A DNA stretch of 55,510 nucleotides, the filler included, from Catajapyx aquilonaris (taxonomy: Eukaryota), in the NCBI GenBank assembly GCA_000934665.2. It is 3 parts of 3 records of this genome, joined end to end, with 100 filler letters (N's around TTAATTAATTAA, not from the genome) between each part and the next. Parts side by side here need not be neighbours in the genome. Positions count along the whole stretch, not along the records: positions 1 to 18,449 come from KZ539577.1; 2 more parts are not named here. One strand, written 5' to 3'. The notes beneath the pieces are model-generated. The model saw only the letters and a list, made by a program, of their open reading frames with translations, was not told the origin of the DNA and did not search any database. Made by a program: the position numbers and the translations under genes. Below, one piece after another: positions 1-14,800 of the stretch. The number at the start of each line of letters is the position of its first letter. Within the stretch, counting starts at the first letter, position 1.

Positions 1-1843
1 CACTGTTACAGGGATTGCAAGCACTACAGCCTGACCATTCCTGAAAGCATTTATAATGATGTAGTAATCATCAGCAATGGAGAAGAACTTTGCTTCCCGG
101 ATATTATCCACATCTAATGACTTGCTGTATTCAAGCATAAACTGTGCACCCCACTTTGAGTACAAGTAAATCTTGCTCTGGAAGAAATAAAACCGTATGA
201 ATGAAGGTCGATTTTGTTAAAGACATGCATAATTATTTACATTTCCAGCAGCCAATAGAAAAGTTTGGTCATCTGCCAAGTGAAGAGTGTCGAAAGAAAT
301 GGCGCCGCCTCGCACATTTTTTAGCACTTGCCACTCCACAAATTCAGTTCCTGGAACATGTCAACATTAACTCCATAATGCAGTTTTTAGCATGCTATTT
401 CATACCAACCTTCCCACCAGAACACTGTGCTGTTGTAGTTTTTATTCCCAATTATTGCAAAGTATTCCTTCCCTGCCTTAAATGTTGACACCACCACTGG
501 TGCAAAACTTTTCAACAGTTGCACCTTGGCAAGTTCTAGAGTAACAGGATTCATCTTCCACACTTGAGTTCCAACCTGAAATCATATTATCTGAAACAGC
601 GGCTCTCTACAACCATTTGGCAAGCATTTGGTGGACATCTGCACATACCTGTGGGTTCGCATCATGATCCTGAGCTATCAGGATGTACTGGTATCCGCTA
701 TTGGCATACGTCGAAAGCACCACCGACCCTTTCGTCATTATTTCGTATATTCTGTCCATATATGTCCCGGACCACTTGTATATTCTGAAAAAGTCAAGAA
801 ATCATAAGCTCCTCTGCTGCAGGTGGCCAACAATAGTCCACTCACTCTGTTACGGATCTGTCGACAGATCTTCCTCCGGTGGCCAAAACCAAAAAGAGGG
901 AATCGCCTGCAGAGAAAAACGTGGCTGCAGTGGCAATGTTCGGGTTTTTGATCGACTGGCGCGGAACTAGCCGTAAATTATCGTCCAGTGTGCAGACGTA
1001 AGAATAGCTTTTTGACGTCGATATCAGCAGGAAATAGATGTTCTTCCATTGAAAGGCCTGAAAGAGTGTCGTAAAAATTCTGTCCAGGTCAAATTATTGT
1101 GGGGGCTACCTACAGAAACAAATTGGACGTGTTTGATGTACATGTCTGCCACGCGATTTTCTCGAGTGCTGTTCGACACAAAGGACAACTTATTGGGTCC
1201 CATCAATGGTGAGCTGCTCAGCCGGTATATCCCGTCGTATTGCATGGAATAAAAATTGTCGGCTCGTTGTACCACTTGCAATGAGGCGTGTTGCTGGTAC
1301 GACACCTGGACGCTCTCGGGGGCGATCTCAGCTTTGTACAATTCTGCAACAAAAAGGTGGTGAAATGGAGGAACTCCAATTACCATACTGTACAGTCAAA
1401 TTGTCATATGCCCGAATTTCCCACCGAAAAAAGATCCGAATTCACGTCAGGAGATCAATCGGTGTAACCTGCTGGTGTAACCATAAATAACAGAAATAAC
1501 TCACTGTTCACATTTTGGCTTTGCTCATTCATGATGCTCTTCACCAAGTCTCGCTCGAACAATCGCAGCTTGTCATCCGTGAATGCCTGAAAATGCCTTT
1601 TGTCACAAACGTACTTGGATCATGACAGTCAAAATGATAATAATTATTACCTGCAATTCTTCGGCTGCATTTTCTTTGCCGTGAGAGACAGAACAACTGC
1701 AACGAATTCACACCCGTAAAAAAAACTGCACTCTAAGATGCACAGAATGCAAAAATGCACAATACATACCTGACGATGTGTGATGTAACACACAAAATCC
1801 ATACTCGCAACCATAATTTGCAGTGCCCAATGTCAGAATTCAT
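1..1843 (-). CDS. Secreted EAR/EPTP-repeat protein (closca / fs(1)M3 / TSPEAR-like), 5' part; gene runs off the left edge
   Basis: Nine GT-AG exons spliced by hand with consistent phases and no stops: 1843-1770, 1696-1651, 1586-1505, 1343-1114, 1057-846, 784-649, 575-410, 350-241, 177-1 (411 codons). Hydrophobic N-terminus MNSDIGHCKLWLRVWILCVTSHIVSCS. EAR-like repeats include IYKWSGTYMDRIYEIMTKGSVVLSTYANSGYQYILIAQ, STVFWWEGTEFVEWQVLKNV and QSIKNPNIATAATFFSAGDSLFLVLA. Exon structure is well supported; the family call is less certain. Confidence 0.75.
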
Positions 1844-2351
1844 CTGCACGATGGAATGGAGAAAAAAAGTCGAAAATCCGCTTATTTTCCGAGACAACTG
1901 AACCAACCTTGAGGAGAGATGGAAGTGAACGAATGCCGAGTGGGGTGGGTGTATATGTAACCTTCCTGTAGCAAAATGCACCACAGGGATTGTTCAAATG
2001 AACATTTTTTAAAGGTCCTCGCATAAATCCCGGGAACTATTTCACACGACTATAATAGTTGTAATATTGAACAATTCAACGATTAATAAGTGCTTTTTAT
2101 GGCGATTTGGCCAACTTGTGCCCAGTATACAATAAAGACAATAATGTTCAGATCGTACCTCTTTTTTCATAGCAGATTTAATGTTGGTAACAAATATATC
2201 ATACGGACAATACTATGTAAGCTTGACATGTAAGCTTGACATGTGACACTTCCAGATTAAATAATAATGTCAGGGACGTACGTTTGCGCCAGGTAGATAC
2301 TCCGATGCTGTATCCGTTAAATTGAGCAAATTATTCAGTGGGTCGTGGCAG

Positions 2352-2890
2352 TGTCACACCCAAAACCTCCTCCCCCAAATCCTTCTTATTATCCCCATAA
2401 TATACAGATACTTTACCTATCCTATTTACCAACACCAACATCCTTCTTGAGAATTCGTCCGGTCAGCGAATTCTACGGATGGTCTCTGATCCCTCCAGCT
2501 GTAGAGGGCTGACACACTACCATTCCAACCCGGCCATTCTTTTAGTGTGTCAGCGGGATGGGCTCTCAGAGACTGTCTCATCAAATTATTAACTCTTTCT
2601 TCACTCTAAATAATTTCGCTGTGTCTCTGGATGCCAGCCCCTGGTTGTGCCATCCAGAGCCAATATATAACCAACAATATCAGTAGAGAAAAAGAGAGTT
2701 CGAAATCAGATCGTGAGTGAGACTGAGCTCCACATCAACCAGCAAGCACCATTCTGTCACGTATTTTCGTCAGGGTGGGGCCTTGTGCCTTACCCTGACG
2801 CTGAGTATCCCCACCCTGGAACATTTCTACCCCTAGCTACCTCTTCTACCACAACTAACGTGTCAAAAAAATAAACACTCGAAAGTTATA
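2352..2890 (+). mobile_element. Possible degraded solo LTR
   Basis: Starts TGTCACA, has a TATATAA motif (~2664) and AATAAA (~2870). No matching 3' CA end or TSD found. Confidence 0.25.
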
Positions 2891-5800
2891 AACAGGTACT
2901 TCATTTTGACCACCCACTTGACGGACCAGCATCCTTTACTGGTCGACAGTAGGAGGGTGTATCCAAACGCGACCTAACTTGAATGGAAATCCTATAAGTT
3001 ATTATAGTTTTTTTTGTAGAGTGGTCACTTACGGATGCCATATTTTCCGATCGGAATCCGCAGCAAATTTTTACCGAAGTACAAAAGAAAATCAAAATCT
3101 GCAAAATCTCAGTTTTGGATAACGGTGTTGGCAATGGTACTGCTAGTGGGATGAAAATTCTGGCATTTTGCGTAAAATGATTCAACTTTTGGGGCTGCCA
3201 GCAGAAGTCATGCACAGATATAATTTTTTTGACATTTTTTGCGCGAGGAGAATGCAAATTTTATCGGGGGAGAGAAGATAAGGGTGACAATACAATGCCT
3301 GTGCTTATCGAGTTTATTAACCATTCACAATGGAGTATAATCTTATCTCAACCCTCTCTCGAAAACATTGATTTTGGGAGGGTTTATATATACGCTTTAA
3401 ACAGTCGCATTTGTTTCTCGCCTAGCTATGCTAAGTTCAATTTCAGCTTGTATAAAAAAGGCAATTTAGAGTTGCATAAAGGCGAGAAAAAGAGCACCGA
3501 GAAAATAAGCTAGGAAAAACCAAGAATGAGAGGGGGGGGGGGGGAACACGGACGGGATTAATTAATACGAAGCCTTTGGTAAGCCACTGGGGCTTGACAT
3601 TTCCATTCAAACCTGCAGGATACGACTTCAGCCGACATGTCAAAACCAGTCGATAAACAGAAAAGCTGAAAGTCGACGCAACCCAGATGCTGTCACAAAG
3701 AGAATTCGCAGAAAGGTGTCCTCCCCTTGCTGTATTTCCTGTATTATTTTGACACTATTACTTGCACCCTAAGGAGCTTTGCGCAACATGCTGTCAAAAC
3801 GATAGACATTTAAAAGGGTGTAGGAAAACTGTAGGATCTTGGATCAAAATAATTTTCAGCCCCACCCATATTATGGTAACCACAGGTATCACTCTTCGGG
3901 CTTCTAACTCAAATTGCGACCCTGAGGGTTCATATACAGATTGATCATTACATTGAACGAGGTTGAAGTGAATGGTAACAAGACAGTAAGCATGCTGCAC
4001 ATAATTAATATTTTGCCCAAGGTTATTTTATGTCAATACGTGTTCGATGAAGGAGTACTGTACAGTTCGTTGAGCTAAAGGCCGTATGTCCTTTCCAGAC
4101 TGAATTACATCCGAATAGGTAAATCATACTTTATTTCTACAATAATATTACGAAGCTTCCGGACACAGCCTGGACATGAAGGGAGCTGTAATAATCAAAG
4201 CTGTTCCGCATTGCCGACTCTTGTTACTGAGAAAACAAGTACTGCACTTGCACTGGTTTTTTCTCGTGTTCTTTGACATGGTTCTCGTGTTGTTTCTTCC
4301 GCCTTCTTCGTAGTTGATTGGTACCTGTACACTGTACAGTACATGGCAAACACGCACACAGAGGCGCTTAGATCAGAAAGGGGACATGTCTAGTTAAGTT
4401 TTTTTAAGAAAACAACACTGAAAACTGTTTATATAGGCTCGGACTTGTCCTATGAGTTCGAAAAAAAAAATTATGTAGGTCCCGTGGGGTGAAATCTGTG
4501 GACACCACATTGGCCAAGAGTTTGGCTACTCCTCTTTGAAATGAGATTACTCGTGATTACATGATTTCATTACTGGAAGGTACACTCGGCGTTAATTTAA
4601 TAGGTCACTGGCTGTGAAGCGGGGAATGCGGGAAACTCTGCTGTGTTGTGTACATGACAATGCAATTCCATTTTATGGAAAAGTCATGTAGACCTGCATT
4701 CCGTCCATATGCTGTGCAATGGTGCACACAGAGCAATACCGTAACGGCAATAACCAAAGGTCACCACCGCTATGAAACTTCTATTGTCGGAGCTCACGTC
4801 TGCTGAGAGCGAAATACAAAACGTGAAATGGAGCAAAATTCGAGCTATATATTGGCAGACGGCGAGATTTTCCTGACATTCCCGAGTTCATCCGGACATA
4901 TATAAAGTCGTGGCTCGAGGGACACACGCACTGAATTCGAATGCGTCTTAGGCAATTTGGAATCGGAGCGGCGGTGGCGAGGGGCCCCCCCCTCAAGTAA
5001 ACCCAATTTGGAAGGCAGCTTTGAACGTCAGCGTGCGGTGGATAAGGAAGAGCTTCATTTCCACTCCATCTGACAAGTGACGAGATCTAATCTCTACCTT
5101 GGGGATATCCCCCTCCCGAAAAGCAAAGCTCTAGAACTTACCTGAAAAGAAGAGCTGTGTGTGGAGGCAAATATTGTGATTTGTGTGCGCGAAAAAAAAA
5201 ACGGAAGAAGATTTTGAAGGGTCAAAGTTCGGTGATGTACGGTTCAAATATCCGGGTTGATGGACTTTGATTACAAGCCCACTTTTCCTGCTTTTCAAAG
5301 CTTACAAAAAAAAAATGGGGACGTTTCGCAATTAGCTGCGATTCATCGAAGAAGCGGCGGGATAATTCATGAGTTTATTTCTGAGCGCGAACGACTTTTT
5401 TGGGGGGGTAGGCCCTATAGCATCACAGTATGCGTTTGTACTTTCTAATTAAAGCTCCAAAGCATGTTAATTAAAGTTGGAAGCGAAGACTTGTTGTCAA
5501 CCCTGCTATTTTTTTGTGCTATTCTTGGATTCTTGTATTTTTAATTATTTTGTTTCGATCCGGACAGACCTAGGATTAAACATGTTTTCACACATTTGGT
5601 ACGAGCTTTATGGAATGAACGAGCAAAGGCGATTATCTGTTGCTTTCATAATCAGTTGGAAATTTTGCGGCTGACAACACATCTAAATTGCAAACACTAA
5701 TTGATTATTCCGGATTACTGTGTGGTCTCTGCATGCATCCGTACATACAATGATGCAGGTACACATTTCAAGTGTGCATTGTCTTGAACCCATTAGCAAT

Positions 5801-8800
5801 CTGTGATATCAGCCCCATTTGCTGTTGATATATTTCCATCGTCTGATATGTATACTGTACCTGCTGCAGGCTGAAGTCAAACATGATTCCGCGAGTTTCC
5901 CTTACCAAGTACGTATCTGTGCTAACAGACTTTTGCAGATTCAAGTTTTATTCATGAGTGGCCGCCCCCTTTTTTGCATAATCATTCCTCCGGATTATAC
6001 GCTCTCTGAATGTGCAATTCCTTTCGGAATATAAATTAGAAAATGCTAATGGACCAGGATGTGGAATCAAAATTTTATCAATCCAGCATTTCTCCGCAAA
6101 AGAGGAACAAAAATACCCCTGGTTAATGAGTTATGGCTGCTTTCTCTATCAGTTCGCATTAATCTGACTGAACCATTCTGTGTGCTCCGGCTTACATTAC
6201 TTTCGTTGGCAATCTGATTAACTGAGCAACCATGCACACCCTTTCGTGTTGGCCACGATCAGAAGTGTCGAGATAACCTTAATTTGGCGAGAGATGCAGA
6301 GATTATTTTTGTTAAATGTTAAGTGTCTTCTACCTCTCAGTATTATATCATTGCAACACTACTTTTTAACAATTTATTGTTTCGTCTTTGAGACATGTTC
6401 ATCTGACTTCGTTTAGGTCGTTTTGTTGTCTGTCTTCCTCGCAATTAAGACCGTGGGAGGTGCACAACTGACGAGCGCTATTTTCAGGCAAAGAGAAACA
6501 AATCAGGTTTCAGCATAGATAAAAGGTTGAATGACGAAAAAAAGAGCGCCTAACAAGTAATAATGTTTCGCTGCGAAGAAACGTACAAAACGCAGAGATA
6601 TATTTTTCCCAATTGTATAGACGTTTATTTTCCTATTGAAAGCGCCATGATTTCATCAGTATCCTTTTTTTATTCCTATAGAAAGAAGGTCCTTCGAAAT
6701 ATAGAGCGTGAATTAAGTTGGAGCAGTGTCTAATCAGCTGACGGGGCGTGAGCTGATAACAGCTGATATGCGGAGAATAACCGCTTTATCATCAGTCCTT
6801 CATGGATTTACACTGCCCCATCGGATGCATCACTCAGACTTGTCACACTTGCAGCACGAAAGGATGTCTTTTTTCTCTAACGAACTGTGTAACCTTTGCG
6901 TGTGATGAGCCTCAACTTTGTGAGCCAATGGTATATATGGTATGGTGTTATGAGCATCGCCGGATTTATGCCAAGGCAACCTACGCAGTTGTCCAGGGCT
7001 GCAGATTTCAAGGGGCGGCAAATTTAGACATACAAAAAAAGTTAACGAAGAATTAATAATTAATAATTACGCGACTGGGAGCAGCGCCTGATTTTTCCTG
7101 ATTAAATCTGGAACAGGTTTTGAGCAGACTCGCCTTGATTAAAATGCGATTGTGCAGTTACGTATAGAAATTATGGAATCTTATGCACCTGAAAACAAGA
7201 CATTGAATACAGAATTTTTTCACCTGATTTTGCACGTTTTTCAGGTTTATTTTCCCGTAGTAACAATGTCTGCACAAATTGTCGCAGGTAAATGTTCAAT
7301 AAGGCCATTCACATGGCAGAAAAGCTTTGTAATCGCATCACGTTTTACATAGTTATTAATAGTTGACTCAGAAATTAACAATGACAAGCATGATCCGATT
7401 ACGAAACTTTTCCGCCGTCTGAATGGCCACATGGTGTAGCATTTTAATGAATAAACACATTGTTGGTTTGTGCCTACCTCATTGTGACCAAAATGTTATT
7501 TTATATTGGTTGTCATCATTTAATCATTAAACATTGCATTATTGAAAGTGTAACGCGTACGTTTGCTTCTCAATCAGCTATTAAAGTTTACGTGAAGACC
7601 TAAATATTGTCTAGCTGTTTGCAGGTGCGGATCTGCAATAAACATGTACTATAGTTATATTTATGAATATGTGATTCTCATTCAAACTTTTCTCGTAAAA
7701 AAGGAAGTGATACCGTCGACATGGAAAATTAAAGTGCCCGTGGTTGAAGGACAACCGAATATCACAATAGTAGAAACCTTTGTAATAATTAATAGGCCCA
7801 CATTAATATGTAGTCCATCAGATAACAGCTGGTTCATTTTGCTGCCATCTGTACCTACCAGCTGTGTAGGTCTACTATCAATCCATGTATTCCGTTTCCA
7901 TCTATCCAATGCGGCTAAAGCTAAACCCTACCGTTAGACCTCTGCAGCACCATCTATCGCAGGCTATTCAAATCCCTGTTCTTCTCCGACTATAAAACCT
8001 GTTTTGCTTGAAGCTGAGCGGCAACTCCCGTCATCTCTACTAGGATTCATGAACCCGCTAACGAAATCCTTCTAATTACCTTCATATCCCGGTTTCATCC
8101 TAATTTGCACGCCGAATTTATGACCAAGTGGAAGGGAAGAGTTGGGGGAAATTATTACCGCTCTAGTTTTCAGAACCAGCTTCTTTTTTTTTTTTTCATC
8201 TGCTCTCTCTAGTGGCCGGTGCCTCTCATTTTTTTCTGTATCTCTCTCAGCTTCTACTTTTCCAGCCTAATCCCGTGGAAAGCACGGAGCGGGACTATTA
8301 TCACCCGATAATCTCGTTTCCATCCTCGAGAAAATGAAATGTATATGTGTGATTATTCCGAGCCCCTTGGGTCGTATAAAGCTAAGGGAGAAAAGTCTCA
8401 GTGTGCTTTTATAATTATATGTGCAAAATGAGCTGAGTTAATGAGGCAGCTCGCATGCGACATGACGGCTTAAATTATCTAGTTAAAAATCCCCACCCTA
8501 AAGACGAAACCGGGCTTTTCTTCGTTACACACGTGCACGTTACATTCTTCACGGTCTCCTGGCGGCCTAAGGGTTCAGGTAGGCCTACTTATCAGACTCA
8601 GGTATCCCTATAAAGGTGGAAAACAACATTACTGGGAAAAACAAATCGCATGTGCTGATGCTGCTGCAGTGACGGCTGCTGCAGTACTCCAATTTAATTT
8701 AAGAGGAGCTAATTACATAAAGAGGGGAGACCTTTTTTTGCAGAATTGTGTTCATCAGGGGAATGGCAGGCAAGCACGTTCCCATGGCATGCATCCATAT

Positions 8801-10199
8801 CCTTGAGAATGTTTACGGATATCCGGACAATAGTGTTTGCTAAGTTTTTATGCAGTTTTAATTGCAAGGAAATGGATTAGTTGTGGGTACAAAATGGGAG
8901 GCACAAGTTCGCGTAATAAATATTATCAATCAGATTTGTACTATTTTGGTTTGAAACTAACAAGCTATTGTGATTCATGCTGACCTAACATCACCTCTGG
9001 CACATAAAAAGGATCCGTAATTTGCACAACCACAGTATACCGGTATGCAGAACAAAAATATTGTGCTATAAAAATTGCGTAAAATTGCAAATTGTTCTTT
9101 TTGAGTGAATTTCACTCCGGAAATATACACTTTAACTTTAATGTCTAATAGAATGAAAAATTTGTCTAAATAAGAGTGAAGATACGTGAGTCTATTCTTT
9201 CAGCGAGTAAAACCTATTTTACTCAATTTGAGTGAAATGATTACTCATTCTCAGTGAAAATAATTGTTTACTTAAGTGATCAAGTGATTTTCACTCAAAT
9301 CAAAAAGTAAGCGAGAACTTGATAATCACTCAAATCGAGGAGAAAACACTCAAAATAATATTTTTAGAGCGTTACATACAGAATTTTTCTAATATTTTGT
9401 GTCAATTTTTTATCCGATGTGGGCTTACCTATCCGACAAGTTTTTGAAGCGATAAAGAGTTTGAGCTCTTTACTATAAATGCCTGAGAAATAATAGGAGC
9501 GTGGAGATAAGTCTCCTAGCCCCGTCTCCAGATCCTATCCGTGCTGTATATACAGAGAAAGTTTAAATTGGTGTCCCGGAACCGGTTTCTGGTCGGGAAG
9601 AAGGAGGGGAATTTTCCGGGCCCCCAGTTTTAATTGGCGGAGAAAAGCTGCGGGACATGTCGATTCATCATCTGAGAGTGGAAAGAAAAGAAAGATGGAA
9701 TCCGGGGCGTCGGCGGCACCCGGAGCCAACTGGAAAGCAACTGCCTTGTTTCTAAAGTCGGCGAATAAATTCGCAGTGATCCGGGCTTAAGCCATGGCTG
9801 GATCCCGGCGGCTGAATAAATATCCGCTTCACGTCCACAGAACGACACCTCTGGGCTGCCAGGCAAAGTTGGCCAGAGTTTGAAGCTTCGTTCATGCTGC
9901 CTGCCTGCCTTCGGCGCAGATAACCCTTCACACACAAACACACAAACACACACACACACACACGGACGCTCGCGACGCCACTTTGGGCCACAAAGTGAAA
10001 AAGAAAAAAAAAAACCCTCGGACGCTGCTGTTAGCTCAAGGGTTGACATTGATAACATGAACATTACAGTGTCACACCACATGAAACGAACTACTTAGCT
10101 GGTTTGTAATAATTGAAAAAAAATACTTTAAGCAGTGTTTGAGTTTATATGATTGGCTGATTGTTTACTACTGTAAAATCTTTGTCAAATTTTTTTTTT

Positions 10200-10551
10200 A
10201 AATAACTTCTTCCTGTTGGATTGTGGAGCACCCTGTATGCATGTCAGTTTACTCGGCTGATAAAAATTCGCCGATTCGACTCCCAACTTTGCTCGTAAGG
10301 CACGTGCACACAACTTTTCCCTGAAGTTAGATCCAAAATAGAGCGGGGGGGGGGGGGGGGGTNNNNNNNNNNNGGGGGGGGGTTCATAGGACTACTTTTC
10401 TTGATTAACTTTCTCGGACGCGTGGATCCACAGTTTTATACACTTTTTATGCCAACTAAATGCCAACTGCACACAGGTGCGCGTATCTCGCTAATTGCTA
10501 AACTATTCTTTTTTTTAAAAAAAATCCTGGCAACAATAAGGAAGCGTGGAA
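10200..10551 (+). repeat. ~330-bp local direct duplication, copy 1
   Basis: Near-identical to 11553-11860 (e.g. CTGATAAAAATTCGCCGATTCGACTCCC ... TTTTTATGCCAACTAAATGCCAACTGCACACAGGTGCGCGTA); this copy has an expanded poly-G run with an N gap. Confidence 0.85.
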
Positions 10552-11552
10552 GGAGTCGGATAATCGGGGTTCTACTGTATTTGAGGATTTTTGGTTTTTT
10601 GACTGCCCTGAGGTGAAACGAAAATCGAAGACAAAACGAATGATCATTATGAGACACGAGTGACCTAAGGACCATGGATAGCGATGAATTTCCTTGGACA
10701 AATGTCGTGTTGCATAGTGCGCAATTATCCAAAATATTAGCCTTCAATATATGCCACCAGGAAGCATTAAAAATTGCCAATTGGGGGGGAGTTGGACGAT
10801 AAACCAGCGGAATATAATATTTTAACCCAGAATATGCCTAAATAATGGTTTTGTTTGATTTAAAATATACACTATATTTTTATTTTTAGGAGCAAATGTT
10901 GGAAAATTGACAGAGTAACTATTTCTGTCTCCGGGGATTACAAAATATAGGCTATTATTTTCTAATTTCTAATTTCTAAAGTCTAAAGGGGACGCTAGAA
11001 ATGCTATATTTTGTACGAGAGTGGCCAGTTGCCTTCCCAGATTTTGCAGGCTTTCAAGGGCATTGACAATCTCTTCCGATTGCTGGTGAAGCACGTGGTG
11101 AAGAAAGGGCGCGACTATGAATAGTCATGCTCTTTCGTTTATTTTGGAGAGCCCATGGCTTCTTGGCGGCATCCTGACTCTCAGTCAGACCGGAGACAAC
11201 CAGTCTAGACTCCAGGACCTTCACTACTCTAGAGCTGATGTATGCACATTGAAGAAAAGAAATCCCTCCATAATACCACATGGCACCAGAACTATACAGT
11301 ATACACGCATCACTGGAAGAGGCTACAGGTTACAGTTGTGATGGGAAGGCACATTTTGCTGACACCCGGCCATTTCAGGGGTGAACCGTAGGCCACGTGA
11401 AGATGAGCATGGAGAAGAATAAGGCATAAATGCATGAACAGTAATGCACACCCAGAAGAAAAGGGAGTCGAGCAGAAGATAATGAATCTAGAAGAGTGAG
11501 CCTGATCTGGCACCAATATACGAGATTACGCGCTTAAAAATAAGAAAAAGGG

Positions 11553-11860
11553 AAATAACTTGTTCGTGTTGGATTGTGTAGCACCCTGTATGCCACATGT
11601 CAGTTTACTCGACTGATAAAAATTCGCCGATTCGACTCCCAAATTTGCTCGTAAGGCACGTGCCCAATGCACACAACTTTGGATCCAAAATGGGGTATTC
11701 ATCGGACTACTTTTCTTGATTAACTTTCTCGGACGCGTGGATCCAGTTTTACACACTTTTTATGCCAACTAAATGCCAACTGCACACAGGTGCGCGTATT
11801 TCGCTAATTGCTAAACTTTTTTTTTAAACAAATTCCTGGCAATAATAAGCAGGCGTGGAA
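11553..11860 (+). repeat. ~310-bp local direct duplication, copy 2
   Basis: Matches 10200-10551. Confidence 0.85.
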
Positions 11861-14800
11861 TTATTCGCAGAGAAACTTGCGTGCCCTCTGGGGTACCCAA
11901 CAAATTATCCCCAAAATCTCTTTCCATGCGTTTGTCTGCAGCAAAGACGCTACTAATTAGCAAAAGGGGGGAAGGGAATGTCTGCCAAATGAATTATTGA
12001 ATAACCCCCCCTCTTCCTTGAACTGCTTTCGCCATGCTTTCGGCTTCCAAAGTGTCGCCCAAGAACCGGAGGGATAATCTTCCACCAGTTTTCTTTGGCC
12101 ACCAATCCTTCCCCCCCTCACCACCATTGGGAGGCTTCCAAGAGGAAACCGCTGCATGTTTGGCTGCTTGTTAAAATGTCCGGATTAATTCGGGGGCGTT
12201 TTCTCTGGCAGCTCTAAAGTGGGAAAAAAGTGTGGGGCCAAGTTTTTTTTAAAAAAATTGTGGCAGGCAGACTAAACGGCAAAGTCGGAATTTATTAGTC
12301 AGAGGGCTGGAAAGTTGCTCTGTAATCCTTGCTTCGTAGTGATGTGACTGTCAGTGTAATGAACGGGTCGAGATTGTACAGTAGTAAAAGGAATTAGACC
12401 GACTTGGAGCGGAAGCTGGGTTTCAGTGCAGGAAACACGACCTGCTCCAACATTTTTATTTTAGTCCTCAGGAGGAAATAACTTTGAGGTGACCTTGCTT
12501 GACCCTCACACTTCTTAATTCAGGCAAGCTCAGCTGACAGGTAAGCTATTCACGTCCTTGTCAGGTGAAGTAACAGGAGTGATTCAACAGATTCCTGCCA
12601 ACGTGCATTTCGCGAATACTTTTTCGCCAAGAGATGAAAACATTGTGTCGTATTTTGGCCACAGTTTTACCGGATACATAAGCCGCGAATAAGCTTTTGA
12701 ATAAATGAGGACTTAATCTGCGGCAATGCCATTTGAATTTTTATTCCCCTACTTCTGGCACTGTAAGTATGAATATGCAGACAAGATTGTGTTGTTTTTT
12801 ATCCGGCGCTTAATTACTTTCTCGATGTGGAAAACGGCTATATAAGTAAGAGTTGGCCGGTCGTTACTATGGTAGGCGGCAACTTCATGTCGGGGCTAAT
12901 TACTCGGAGGGTTTATTCGACATGGCTTGAGCTTGGTGTGGTGAAGCGTGGCCTCCCCCCCCCCCCAAAAAAAAAAATTTAATCGGTGGGGCTGAATATA
13001 TAAGATGGAGTCTTTGCAAATGCGATTAGCAAGCGGCGACTGAGTGAATGAAGCAAAGCAGCTTCACAAGGGCTGAGAAAGGGTCCGTGACACAGAGCCG
13101 GTGCAGCGTGATCTGTACTTAACGCAGTTAGTGTTGGGGTTGGCGGAGTCGATCCGTCAAGCCTCAGTTGGAAGACCGCAGAGCACAGGCCCCAACACCA
13201 TTTCCCAGCTAGTCTTTAAACTCACCCCCCTCCAACCCATGCTTGCTCTTGCCAATGAAATTAAGTCCTATATCACGTCCAGACCGCACCCAAAGCTTTG
13301 CCGCCAGGGATTATTGCAGATTAACATTGCTCTTGGCCTAAGCCGAAGCGGTTTTTAAATCAGGTCTTTGGTCTGCCTGGAGAGATCCCACCTGATATAC
13401 GAAGAGTGGCCTGGAAACTTGACCCCCGATACTTTTAACAAAAATCAATTGCGCTCGTTGTCCGGTTGTTAAAACAGATTGCAACCGGGCATTTGGAAGT
13501 GTCGATGTGTTCGTCCAAGTTTAGCCAATGTTGGAAAGGCAACTCTCGTGGGAAGAGTTCAGTTCTACTGCTAACACGCTTTGCTTCCAACCTCCCCCTC
13601 ACCTCCTCTCCAAGTTGGAAAACCACGCCCGAGGTGTAAAAGGTATGTCCCCTCGAGAGATTCCCAAACAGGGGACGGGATATTGCATTACGCGACTCCC
13701 AACCCGACGCCATTTCACTGTTCCGGCCAGGAAAACTCGATAACTGCCATTCTTTCCGGCCTGCAAATTTTTTATTTTGTACCGAGAGGAGAAAAACAGG
13801 AACAGAAAATAACAACGCGCGATTGGATAACATAACCAGATCAAAAACAATCATGTCCATCTTGATGACGGAATTTTTAAAAAGGTTCAGCCCCAGGACC
13901 CGAAATAAATGGGTTCCGTCCAGAGGATATTGATCAAGCGACTGGTATCCTGCTCTGGTATGCGTCACTCGCCATTTCCCCGAACTACAACCATTTTACC
14001 TGCCTAACTACATTTGCAAAAAAAAAGAGAGAGAGAACTATCCCGTTTCCCTTATTACCCGTAGGTTCTCTAGAATTTTAGATGGGTCACCTTATACTCT
14101 GAGGACCTTTCGTGCGTCAGTTGCCTAATTTTTCTCCGAATCTCGTTAGTGTGTGTGAAAAATGTTGGGTCAGAGAGTATGAGGCACAGTTCGCATGAAA
14201 CACAAAATAGTACTGGTAACCAGGGATTTTTCCATGATTTGCATTCATATACGGCCAAAGTATAATTGCAGAGTTATTTCAAGTGGAATGGAGAGTACAT
14301 GATGAGATATATTTATGAGAAAAGTTTTGCATATTTCCTTACCGGAATCCACTTAATGTATTGATCCTGCTTATTTTATGAGGCAGATGGAGAGATCAGC
14401 ATTTTTAAAACTTTTTTACATTATGTTTCTGCAAAATATCGGAAAAAATATAGTTGCAAATTCTACGCTTTTTTTACTGATCATATAAGTCAGTACGACT
14501 GGTGTTGAAGCAAAATGTGATTTTACATCTGGTATTGAACATGTAGAGACATGAAAGTTCTCTTCCACGTTTTACCGATATTCCAATATAGAATTTTTAA
14601 AAAAAATATTGGAAGTGATCGCCATAAGGACGTCAAAAGGACAGTAATATAATCTCGTGCGGCAAAATAACGCAGCATTTATACAGTGACCCGGAAGTCA
14701 GGCGCTGAAAAAATATAAAAAGTGCAAATCTGTGGATAAAAGCAACACGCTATAAGGTTTTTTTTCGCTCCTGCTCAAAAACATCACTGGACACCTTTTG

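Noticed and set aside
10345..10382. Poly-G tracts with Ns (also ~15261-15288, ~54908-54937) as G-quadruplex elements
   Set aside because: Homopolymer lengths are unresolved sequencing gaps; no functional evidence.
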